Origin: Chloroflexota bacterium
GTDB taxonomy: Bacteria > Chloroflexota > Anaerolineae > Anaerolineales > VGOW01
Assembly (NCBI GenBank): GCA_016875735.1
Contig: VGOW01000008.1
Location: 21,183-85,182 of the forward strand
Length of the DNA stretch: 64,000 nt
Direction of reading: 5' to 3'
Below are positions 18,201 through 25,077 of the stretch, piece by piece; positions within the stretch are counted from its first letter, which is position 1; each line of letters begins with the position of its first letter. The notes beneath the pieces were generated by a model that was not told the origin of the DNA, made no database searches, and saw only the letters and a list, made by a program, of their open reading frames with translations. The translations under genes were made by a program, and so were the position numbers.

Positions 18201-19671
18201 GGGCATTGTCGATGAGCACGGCGGCCTGCCCGGCCAGGGTTCTCAGCAGGCGCGCATCTTCGTCGTTGAAAAGAGTCTTGTTGAGTTTGTTGGCGACTTG
18301 CAGAACGCCCACGCGGTTGCCGCCGACGATGAGCGGCACCATCAGCGAAGCAGTCATGCCGATGGTTTCGGCTTGCTCCTTCAGCCCCAGTTCTTCGATG
18401 AGGGGATCGGCGCGCATGTCGTCGGTGCGCCAGTGATCGCCTTCGCGCCACAGCCGCGCCGATTTGTTGTCGGGCAGGACAGGGATGCGGTATCGCTCGC
18501 GCAGGGCTTCGGGCACGCCGCGAAACGGCGGCTGGCTCACCAGCGCGCGCTCGCCTTCGTCGAAAAGCAGAAAGCCGCACAACTGCACTCCGGCAAGTTT
18601 GGCGATGCTGTCCACGAGGCTGGCATAGAGTTCGCGCGGCTCGGCGAGGGTGGCGGCAGTTTGCGCCACTCGCGCCAACGCCGAAAGTTCGGCGATGCGC
18701 GATTCTTGCTGGGCGTACAACTGCGCGTTGCGAATGGCGATGGCCGCCTGCCCGGCCACCGTTTCGAGCAGAGTCACGTCTCGATCCGAATACGCCTCTC
18801 GCTCGAAAGAAGCGAGTTCGACGGTGCCGATCAGTTCGCTATCTTTGCCGAACAACAAAGGGACGCCGACAACGGATCGGAACGGAAAATCGATGCGATC
18901 GATTTTTGGCTGAGCCTCAGCGTGGTGTTCGAGATCGTTGATGAGCAGAGGGCGTTTGTTGCGCGCGATCCAGCCGGTGAGGCCTTCGCCGATTTGGTAC
19001 GATTGCACGCGCCGCTCGAGGGCGATGATGTAGGTGCGGTCTCCGGCATGGGCGCGAGGCCACAGCACTTGTGAGTCGGAGTCCCACAGATTGATCTCGC
19101 CGATGTCGTAGCGGACGATGCGCCCCACTGTCTGTAAAACGGCGTTGAGGGTGATGTCGAGATTGAGGCTGGAGGAGAGGGCGCGCCCCACTTCGACGAG
19201 GGCGCCGACGGCTTCCGCCGAACGGTTATCGCCGCGCAGGCCGGTGAGCTGGCCGCCTTCACGCAGGGTGATGACGAATTGCTGAGGGTCGCCGGGTATG
19301 AATACGGAGGTGGCTTCGAGCGAGCGGTTGCCAATGGTGACGCTGGTTTGGCCCTCGGTGGCGAAGAGCTCGAGAAAGGCCTCCTGCGGCTGGGCCATGC
19401 GCGCCATGCGGTGAAGGTTGGGGGTTTCGCCGTTGAGGCCGAAGAGTTGGCGGGCGTGATCGTTGGCGTATTCCACCCGGCCGCCTTTGCGGGCGATGAC
19501 GACGGCGCTGTTGAGGCTGGCAACGTCGGGCAGGATCACCGGCATGGACTCGACGGCGGCGGGCGCGCGGGTGCGCGAGAGGGCGCGGGCGCTGAGGAAG
19601 ATCAGGCCGTAGAGCACGCCGCCGATGATGACGGCGGCGATCGCAATCCCAAAGATCGTTGATGTTGCCAT
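12277..19671 (-). CDS. giant sensor histidine kinase: N-terminal TM, about 10 GAF modules, PAS domains, HisKA, HATPase
   Basis: 2464 aa. Ten modules end in the recurring helix N-A-(R/Q)-L-(Y/F). H-box SHELRTPITPIKGY. C-terminal N, G1 and G2 boxes (DTGIGI, GTGLGLSIV). Confidence 0.92.
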   Translation of the reverse strand: MATSTIFGIAIAAVIIGGVLYGLIFLSARALSRTRAPAAVESMPVILPDVASLNSAVVIARKGGRVEYANDHARQLFGLNGETPNLHRMARMAQPQEAFLELFATEGQTSVTIGNRSLEATSVFIPGDPQQFVITLREGGQLTGLRGDNRSAEAVGALVEVGRALSSSLNLDITLNAVLQTVGRIVRYDIGEINLWDSDSQVLWPRAHAGDRTYIIALERRVQSYQIGEGLTGWIARNKRPLLINDLEHHAEAQPKIDRIDFPFRSVVGVPLLFGKDSELIGTVELASFEREAYSDRDVTLLETVAGQAAIAIRNAQLYAQQESRIAELSALARVAQTAATLAEPRELYASLVDSIAKLAGVQLCGFLLFDEGERALVSQPPFRGVPEALRERYRIPVLPDNKSARLWREGDHWRTDDMRADPLIEELGLKEQAETIGMTASLMVPLIVGGNRVGVLQVANKLNKTLFNDEDARLLRTLAGQAAVLIDNARLVREAEDRVRHAEVMRQIAEITGSALSLEQIYQGVMERTARLIQAELGVVLLLDEAKGELAPQRGSELGGGVGEAEFATLRSDDPDFKLSSTATRKPFYSWRASHDRRITKLHRRIVEHYQIETVITAPLIVQDRSIGEMWLGSRYERRFSRSDVQLVATVAAQLASAIERTRLASATDETLRHRVEQLTALTRVGRELNQTLELDHILKLVYNEAVRATRADCGSIVLLNLESTIPAARLRIGDHNSNLALDSIEFDVALSGNTHLIADLAAPDALAAIPPEHYAPLAAPGHAGIRSLLVTPISYEGSIVGVVELHSRRANGFDRAMLDFSQAVAAQAAIAVGNAQRYEEQKRRGELLRRRADQLSQLLQISRSVRSDRLLAVNLEAIAYGVQEAVGFNVVLISEYDSDTGLLHRTAAAGLPIAEFNRLQQTPARLDDIRAALQREFRISQSYYVPHTRAPKELMQLDAVIIPQAEEPTASNKWHQDDFLFVPLIGSGGQTVGMMSVDDPRSGLAPDLAIIETLEIFANQAALAIENARLFIAAESRAAELSKSLDDLQKSYRDLDLVSRTLSRKEQELRDLIEQTELRARRLLGLHRIASTTAEARAENALLHRAARSTVVEISVDACVVALLKDGQILQVTAQASVTNPGIDLNPLLAERNPLSHIIEIHSPILARDLHGWSDSKLVQSLQIRSFVGVPIFMAQQLSGALLVGSQKEPTPFSTEDIDLLTILSGQIGASLENIRLYTEIQQRLADNTRLFNATRELQEFSASVFESLQQGLVVLDTEGKVLSINGWMRERFGWADSLVGQNLFEFRSYYRDVGLADSVIQAVVYDRPVERFGVRDSAPDGSLIVSNFYGYPLRRDGKVTGVVLLVDDVTERAHLEADVRERATQLQALTEASRVMSSALREENVIALVLDQVGRVVPYDSATLWLLHEENFLRVASARGFENDAEQLGLIVQVEDSALFKEMTATGHPILVPDVRNDPRFPAGMISRTRSWLGGPLISKGKVMGLLALDKVEANFYTANHADLVIAFANQVAVALDNAQLFEQSVQRAMQLNERTQRLVLLNRVSGELSGTLDLNRILDISVREMSSAMGGAHTTATLYDGESASAAHGMTERLQEPAPADLLGPITQDESVTQRLRETMAPIVIDDVALSESLQPAARLQLVNRGAKTMLVVPLTAGGSLLGSLAIERKADGPRFRLGEIEVAQTIANQTAVAVQNARLYEETQRLLTETRQRNAELAALFDLGVSASQVLEESRLIDVTLDNVRKLLGADSVALVQVTEANEILAEAVEKGRRLEPFKIPRTGSSFSEHIINSGQPLLIGDVQKDKFPVAGYNRGDLARSWLGVPLLVRGRTIGAVLVQSTEPNRFSAGQLRLLSQVGNQAAIALENARLFTTVQNYAASLEQRVAERTAALEKERDRVETLLRITSELSASLDLDRVLTRALGLVNDVIGGARADLFLVEPQTTQLIHRATLGHEMHLPPGGQPAGFGRGEGLVGWVINSQESAIASDLETDSRWRQQPLDGAYRSALCVPLLSSEDCLGAMLFLSDVKDAFNIDQLRMVTAAGNQVTSAINNAELYRLIRDQAERLGGMLRANQVEATKSRAILESVADGVLVSDAYGNITLFNATAERILKLNRDEALGHPVRDFMGLYGARAQSLSDTIDKWSADPSTYRPGEYISEQLNLEDNRIVSVLLAPVTTADEYLGTVSIFRDITREVEVDRLKTEFVTTVSHELRTPITPIKGYADILLMGMAGPLLPDQQRAVELIKTNADRLKILVDDLLDISKMESGKVELNLEPLSVADVLEDVSNHLHGRITAQEKPMKVIVDVEPGLPPALGDRQRLTQIITNLADNAFTYTHPEGAVTLSARRDGDTLLIAVKDTGIGIAPEDQIRIFERFYRGEDPLVMASSGTGLGLSIVQRLMEMHGGRIWVESEGIGHGSTFFVRLKLASGNESAA

Positions 19672-19703
19672 CCAACGTCACTCGTTCGGCCCGGCGTCGC
19701 CTT

Positions 19704-20591
19704 TCAGTCCTTGTCATTCCGCCGCGCTTCGGCGGCCAACTCAGTGATCTCGCGGATATCGGAGATTTCTTGCTCGGCGGTGACGATGCCCACTTTCATG
19801 ATCATGAGCGGGGTCTGCACGTCGGCGTTGTCGTTTCCCCGACTCATGATGTAGCCCCGTTCCCGATCGATGAACGAGTAATGAGTTTTCACCTCATCGG
19901 CGAAGCGGGCTTTGAGGCGTTCGCGGATAACGGCGGCGGTGGTTTCGGAGGCGATGACGATGAAGTTTTCGCCGCCGGGGTGGCCGATGAAATCGTTGGG
20001 CGTGCCCAGTTCGTCCACCACTTCGCGGATGAGCAGGGCGGTGGCGCGCAGCACTTCATCGCTGGCGACGAAACCGTACACTTCTTTGAACGGGTTGAAC
20101 TGCTCGATCTTGCAGTCGAGGAAGGCCCAGCCGTTGGAGCGCATGAGTTTGCGCAGTTCATCTTCGATGAGGCGGCCCGAAGGCAGGCCGGAGCGCGGGT
20201 CGGAAAGGTTTTCGCGTTGGGCGCGGGCGATGGCGTTTTGCACCCGCAGTTTTAGTTCTTCGATGTCGAATGGTTTTGTAATGTAATCGTCGGCGCCCAA
20301 TTCCAACCCGGCGATGCGGTCGGAGCGCTCATCTTTCTGGGTGAGGAAGATGATGGGGATGTGGCTGGTGCGGATGGTCTGCCGCAGCTGGCGGCAAACG
20401 GAGTAGCCATCCATATCGGGGAGCATGATGTCGAGGATGATCAAGTGCGGCAACTGCTGGCGGGCGGTGTTGAACGCCTCGCTCCCGCGAGGGGCCACCA
20501 TCACGTCATACCCCTGGCCGCTGAAGTAAATCCTCAGCATGTTGGAGATGTCGAAATCGTCCTCTACGATCAGAATTCTGCCTTTTGCCAT
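19704..20591 (-). CDS. response regulator with degenerate GGDEF-like output domain (GGENF)
   Basis: Receiver (ILIVEDD...ILDIMLPDMDG...TQKD...DYITKPF) followed by a GGDEF-fold region with HPGGENFIVIA instead of GG(D/E)EF. Confidence 0.88.
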   Translation of the reverse strand: MAKGRILIVEDDFDISNMLRIYFSGQGYDVMVAPRGSEAFNTARQQLPHLIILDIMLPDMDGYSVCRQLRQTIRTSHIPIIFLTQKDERSDRIAGLELGADDYITKPFDIEELKLRVQNAIARAQRENLSDPRSGLPSGRLIEDELRKLMRSNGWAFLDCKIEQFNPFKEVYGFVASDEVLRATALLIREVVDELGTPNDFIGHPGGENFIVIASETTAAVIRERLKARFADEVKTHYSFIDRERGYIMSRGNDNADVQTPLMIMKVGIVTAEQEISDIREITELAAEARRNDKD

Positions 20592-20667
20592 GTGACTGCC
20601 TCCATGAAACTATGCCCCTTCGTGCGCGGGACTTCAATCTTACTTTAGACCCCTTTTCGCGGCAACC

Positions 20668-21951
20668 TCACCACGACTGTTTCGCCGCCTCTCCGGCGCG
20701 CGGATACAGGCGCTCGTGCCGGCCGGCGGCCTTGAGCGTGTGGTGATCGCTTTCCTCATACGAAATGTTTTTGGCGATCACTCGCCGTTCCGGCGAGGCA
20801 AACAACACCACGTCGGACTCAATCGTCCGCGCCGGGTAAATAATCATGCCGCTGCCGATGCGGCAGTTGTGACCCACACAGCCGCCCAAAACGGGCCGGT
20901 TCGACTCTTCCAGCGCCCCCGCGCCGCTCAACGCCCGGATGGGCGCCGGGATGAGGTTGTAATCGGTGAAGGTGTTGCCCGCGCCGATGAAAGTGTTGCG
21001 CCCGATGACGCACATTTGCAGGCAGGTGTTCTGCGCCACCATCGAGTTCTCCATCAACGTCGTGAGATAGAGGGCGGCGCGGAAAGGCAAAAACGATCCG
21101 TCGCCAACGACGCTGAGCATGAGTTGGCAGCCCTGCGAAATGGTGACGTTGCTGCCGATGATGCAGTTGTCGATGACTGCGCCCGGCTCGATCACCACGT
21201 TATCGCCGATGGTGGTGGGTCCCAAAATGACGGCGGCGGGATGGATACTGCAATTGCGGCCCACGCTGACCAGTTTGGAACACGCCAGCACTTGCCTCTG
21301 CTCCAGCAGGGCTTGCCACAACACTTGCATTTTGAAAGTGAGACTCTGGGCGATCTTCAAATCGGTGCGGGAGGCGCGGCTGAAGAGGCCAAAGATGGCG
21401 TCGGCGATAAAGATGTGCGTCCAGCTTTCGATGGACATGCAGCTGCGAAGCGGCACCTGAAAAGTGAGCTGGCCTTTCTCGGTGGCCATGTATTCGGGGA
21501 TGCGGTAATAGCCAATCTCCCTCGGCTCGAAGTCAATCACCAACGGCTGGGCGCCCGACACTGGCCCGCGCGGGAAATACCACAGATCGGCCAAATAGAG
21601 ATCGCCCACTTGAGTGTAGCCGTGCGCGAGGGGCAGGGCGTGCTGCATGAAGGCTTTGTTATCTTTGCTGATGGCGGCCCGGCGCGGCTTCCCCGACCGA
21701 ACGGCCTCGGCGAAGAAGGCATCAATGTATGGCTTGTCGAAGAACAGATTGTCGCGGTACACAATCTGCTCCACCGGGTCGGGCGGCACTTCGACAAACG
21801 AACCGGAGTCGACTTCCCGCTCTTCGGTGGTGTACGGCGCGAGCAGATCGCGTTGGTGCAGCCACAGCGGCTTGTTTTGGATTCGCAGATCGCGCGCCGG
21901 TTCGTTGAACGGCGAAATGAAATTCTTGTTTTGGAGGATGACTTTGCGCAT
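20668..21951 (-). CDS. left-handed beta-helix (hexapeptide-repeat) protein, putative sugar nucleotidyl/acyl-transferase-like
   Basis: The C-terminal half has repeated [LIV]-G-x-x-x-x hexapeptides (IGDNVVIEPGAVIDNCIIGSNVTISQGC...). The N-terminal about 230 aa carries no motif I recognise. Confidence 0.75.
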   Translation of the reverse strand: MRKVILQNKNFISPFNEPARDLRIQNKPLWLHQRDLLAPYTTEEREVDSGSFVEVPPDPVEQIVYRDNLFFDKPYIDAFFAEAVRSGKPRRAAISKDNKAFMQHALPLAHGYTQVGDLYLADLWYFPRGPVSGAQPLVIDFEPREIGYYRIPEYMATEKGQLTFQVPLRSCMSIESWTHIFIADAIFGLFSRASRTDLKIAQSLTFKMQVLWQALLEQRQVLACSKLVSVGRNCSIHPAAVILGPTTIGDNVVIEPGAVIDNCIIGSNVTISQGCQLMLSVVGDGSFLPFRAALYLTTLMENSMVAQNTCLQMCVIGRNTFIGAGNTFTDYNLIPAPIRALSGAGALEESNRPVLGGCVGHNCRIGSGMIIYPARTIESDVVLFASPERRVIAKNISYEESDHHTLKAAGRHERLYPRAGEAAKQSW

Positions 21952-22152
21952 GAGGGTTTGGCCGCAGGCAGATGGCGACAGACGATGGCCGGGTATTTGG
22001 TTTCGGCCAGTCGCCTTCCGTCCACCGTGTCGATTCTATAGAATACTAGCCCATTGAGCACGGCAAGTAAAGCCTGCCGAGTTGTATCAGCGTTGCGGGT
22101 GCGTTTCAGTTTCGGGGTGGCGGCGCCCGTCGGGCAATTGAGGACAGGGAGG

Positions 22153-22185
22153 AAAAAAAGCCGCTCGGTTTCAGTCGAGCGGCTT
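22153..22185 (-). terminator. strong intrinsic terminator closing the PATAN-GTPase-hydrolase-V4R operon
   Basis: Minus strand GCCGCTCG-ACTGAAAC-CGAGCGGC followed by TTTTTTT. The V4R stop codon lies in the loop. Confidence 0.8.
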
Positions 22186-22809
22186 CTTGTCAATGACGAT
22201 GGTGCAGGCTTCGTCGCCCCGGGCGATGCAGGCCACCTCCTGCGCGGTGAAGTTCTTTCCGCCGCTCACCCAATAGAGCGACTCTTGAAGGATGCCGACG
22301 GCCAAATGGCAGCAGGGGATTTCGGTTTGGCGGCCCCAGCAAATGGGGCAGCGCTCGTTGTGCCAATAGATTTGATCTTCATCGTCGCTGAGGCGCACAC
22401 GCTGATCGGTGTATTTGTTGAACGTGTCGGCGAACACTTCCGCGCCCACTTTGAGTTTCATGTTCAGCGGCAGAAGCCGGAAGGCCAGATCGGCGATGCC
22501 CAGCACCGGGCCGAATTCTCTGAGGCCATATTTGAAGCAGGCTCGCCCGGCGCGCAGGGCCAGCCCGCGCCCGCCGCGCGGCCCGTACATGTCGTCGAGC
22601 GATTGCATGATCGCGCCAATGTCCTCGAAGCGAAACTGCCGGTCGAAGTTGTTGGGCGGGTAGTTGTTGATGAGGTGCCTCATCTTGGCTAAGTTGAGCA
22701 CCGCGTTCACGCCGTTGCGCCCCATGATCTCTTCCATGGCCAGCAAAACGATGCGCCCCATTTTGTTGGGGTAGTGATATTGCTGCTGTACGGCTTCGGG
22801 CTGAGTCAT
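22171..22809 (-). CDS. V4R (4-vinyl reductase) domain protein
   Basis: C-terminal Cys-rich signature CPICWGRQTEIPCCHLAVGILQESL...AQEVACIARGDEACTIVI, typical of V4R. Confidence 0.8.
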   Translation of the reverse strand: MTQPEAVQQQYHYPNKMGRIVLLAMEEIMGRNGVNAVLNLAKMRHLINNYPPNNFDRQFRFEDIGAIMQSLDDMYGPRGGRGLALRAGRACFKYGLREFGPVLGIADLAFRLLPLNMKLKVGAEVFADTFNKYTDQRVRLSDDEDQIYWHNERCPICWGRQTEIPCCHLAVGILQESLYWVSGGKNFTAQEVACIARGDEACTIVIDKKPLD

Positions 22810-22820
22810 AAGAGGCGGCC

Positions 22821-23609
22821 TTAACTGTCGAGAAAATTCTTGAGCACGGCGTTGAAAGTTTCCGGCTCGTCGATCATGGGGAAGTGGCGCGACCCGCGCA
22901 GGACTTCGATCTGCGCGTGCGGCACCCCGGCCTTCAGCGGCTCGTACTGCTTGGGGTGAACGATGGTGTCGCCGACTCCGTACACGCCGAGCGTAGGCAC
23001 GTTCACTTCGTTCAATCGCGGGCGCAGATCGGTGCGGCGCAAACTGCCGATGGAAGCGAAGAATGATTCCAACGTGGTCTTCGACAGATCGCGCTCCAAC
23101 GCCCGATACCAGGCCAGCGGCTCTTTGTTGACGATGAACGGCGAGAACGACCGCACCGCCAGCCGCAGCGCCGAGGGCATGTTGTAGACTACAAAGGCGA
23201 TGGCCCGGTATCCGGCCAGCCGCAAAAAGATGTTGAGCGACGAGCCGACGATGGGCGACCCGACCACCACTACTTTTTGCACGCGCTCAGGGTAGCGCAT
23301 CGCCACGCTCAGGCTCACGGTGCCGCCCATGCTGTGGCCCACCAGCGGCGCCGAGGCGATGCCGAGCTGGGCCATGAACTGATCGACGAGACTCACGAAA
23401 TCGGAGACGGCGTAGGTTTGCCGCTTCTTCCCCGAATCGCCGAAGCCCCAAAAGTCGAGCGCGTAGGTTCGGTAACTGCGCCCCAGTTCTTCCATCGTTC
23501 TCTGCCATAAGCCCCACGACCCGAGCCACCCATGAAGGAGCACCACAGGTTTGCCCTGACCATAGGTTTCGTAGTGAACGATTCCCTGATCGGTGACGAT
23601 TGAACTCAC
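22821..23609 (-). CDS. alpha/beta hydrolase (intact catalytic triad)
   Basis: HGWLGSW...WGFGDSGK...VGHSMGGTV, with a later GVGD and RHFPMIDEP. GTG at 23609 is chosen; the ORF-track ATG at 23681 overlaps the GTPase gene. Confidence 0.85.
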   Translation of the reverse strand: MSSIVTDQGIVHYETYGQGKPVVLLHGWLGSWGLWQRTMEELGRSYRTYALDFWGFGDSGKKRQTYAVSDFVSLVDQFMAQLGIASAPLVGHSMGGTVSLSVAMRYPERVQKVVVVGSPIVGSSLNIFLRLAGYRAIAFVVYNMPSALRLAVRSFSPFIVNKEPLAWYRALERDLSKTTLESFFASIGSLRRTDLRPRLNEVNVPTLGVYGVGDTIVHPKQYEPLKAGVPHAQIEVLRGSRHFPMIDEPETFNAVLKNFLDS

Positions 23610-23631
23610 GTGTAAATGTTCTTTCCAGCGG

Positions 23632-24165
23632 CTAGGCTTCCATCTCCGCCAGAATGCTGTAGAGCAGTTCGAGCAAAACACTCTTCACTGTTTCTTTTCG
23701 GGTGGCCACGCACGGCAGCAGTTTGATGTTCGGGTCGAGGCGCAGGGCGATGCGCAAGTCGTCGATAGACCATGCTTCGGGGTGGTCCTGTTTGTTGGCG
23801 GCCACCACGTAGGGGGTGGGGGCGTAGGCGCGGAACGTCTCTAAAATGCTTTTCGCTTCGCGGAAGGTTTCGGGCCGCGAACTGTCCACCATCACCACAA
23901 ACCCCAACATGCCTTCGGAAAGAATCTCCCACATGAAATCGAAGCGGCGCTGGCCCGGCGTGCCGAACAAATACAACACCAGATCGTTGTCCACAGTGAT
24001 GCGGCCAAAGTCCATTGCCACGGTGGTGCTGTCTTTGATCTTCTCGGCGTCCGACGAGATTTTCCGTTCGGTGGCCACGACGTCGATCTCGCTGATGGAG
24101 CGGATGAACTGCGTTTTGCCCGAACTGAACGGCCCGGTGACGACCATTTTGACTGATTGCGGCAT
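23632..24165 (-). CDS. small Ras-superfamily GTPase (MglA/CvnD-like 'ATP/GTP-binding protein')
   Basis: G1 GPFSSGKT, G3 variant FGTPGQ, G4 NKQD; 177 aa. Confidence 0.88.
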   Translation of the reverse strand: MPQSVKMVVTGPFSSGKTQFIRSISEIDVVATERKISSDAEKIKDSTTVAMDFGRITVDNDLVLYLFGTPGQRRFDFMWEILSEGMLGFVVMVDSSRPETFREAKSILETFRAYAPTPYVVAANKQDHPEAWSIDDLRIALRLDPNIKLLPCVATRKETVKSVLLELLYSILAEMEA

Positions 24166-24183
24166 GAGGCTACTTCGTGGCGA

Positions 24184-25002
24184 TCACAATGAACGGATGC
24201 GCGAAATGAGTTTGTTGACCAATGATTTCTCTTGCTCTTTGGCGGCCTCGGTTTTGGGCTTGCGCTGGGGCAGGGCGCCGGTTTGAACGGTGGGGCGCAC
24301 CACTTCCACCAGCCCGGCTTGCAGCAGGCCGTACACGATCCGCCGGATGTCGAGGTCGCTTAAGTTGTTGGCTTTGGCAATCTGCCGAATGGAGTTCTTG
24401 GGATTGATATAGGAAACGACGCGCCACTCTTCCACGCTGAGGTTGACGTTTTTGAGCCGCGCGTCGGGCTTGTCGGTGAAGCGGAGGGCCATGTCGAGGT
24501 TGGGCAGTTCTTCCTGCAGTTGCTCCCACTCTCTCATGCGCCGCGTGCCTTCGATGATCACGTTCTCCAAATCCACCGACACAGTGATGCGTTCGACCGG
24601 CGGCGCAAGATCCGCCTCGAAATTGAACATGCCTTCCACCCACGTAAACAGGCGAAAGGCCACGTCGATGATGTGTTGGCGGATGCCCTGAAGAATCTCG
24701 GCTTGGGTGACGTATCCGGCGTTGATGAGCAGAAGGCCGAGCGCTTTATCGTTGGCCGCCTCCGGGCGCCGGCGCAGTGCGCGAGTCTGTTCGTCGTTGA
24801 GTTTCCCGGCCTTGCGCAGAATAAAGGCCAGGCTGGCGTCCTCACTGCCGAGTTGGGCGAACACCAACTTGCCCTCGCGGAAGGCCATGCGCGCCGCCTC
24901 GGTAGGGCCTTCAATCGTCAGCGTGCCAGATTTGCGTGCAAGATTGATGAGGTTGAGCAATTGAGTGGTGCTAAAATCTCTCAGGTTGCCTCGAAGTGGC
25001 AT
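24184..25002 (-). CDS. DUF4388 (PATAN) domain protein with C-terminal wHTH-like region
   Basis: N-terminal GNLRDFSTTQLLNLINLARKSGTLTIEG...FREGKLVFA signature. C-terminal LSVEEWRVVSYINPKNSIRQIA...IVYGLLQAGLVEV. Confidence 0.8.
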   Translation of the reverse strand: MPLRGNLRDFSTTQLLNLINLARKSGTLTIEGPTEAARMAFREGKLVFAQLGSEDASLAFILRKAGKLNDEQTRALRRRPEAANDKALGLLLINAGYVTQAEILQGIRQHIIDVAFRLFTWVEGMFNFEADLAPPVERITVSVDLENVIIEGTRRMREWEQLQEELPNLDMALRFTDKPDARLKNVNLSVEEWRVVSYINPKNSIRQIAKANNLSDLDIRRIVYGLLQAGLVEVVRPTVQTGALPQRKPKTEAAKEQEKSLVNKLISRIRSL

Positions 25003-25077
25003 GTATCCCTCGACCCAGAATGATTCTCAGCGATGAACTGCGAAACGCGAGCGGGATTATACCTGTAAGCCCGATAA

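Noticed and set aside
12574-19074. Long ORFs antisense to the giant kinase (for example 12574-13866 at 430 aa and 17320-19074 at 584 aa).
   Set aside because: They lie entirely inside a well-supported 2464-aa CDS on the other strand. Their products are Arg/Gly/Ala/His-rich with no motifs. This is the typical stop-codon-poor antisense frame of GC-rich DNA.
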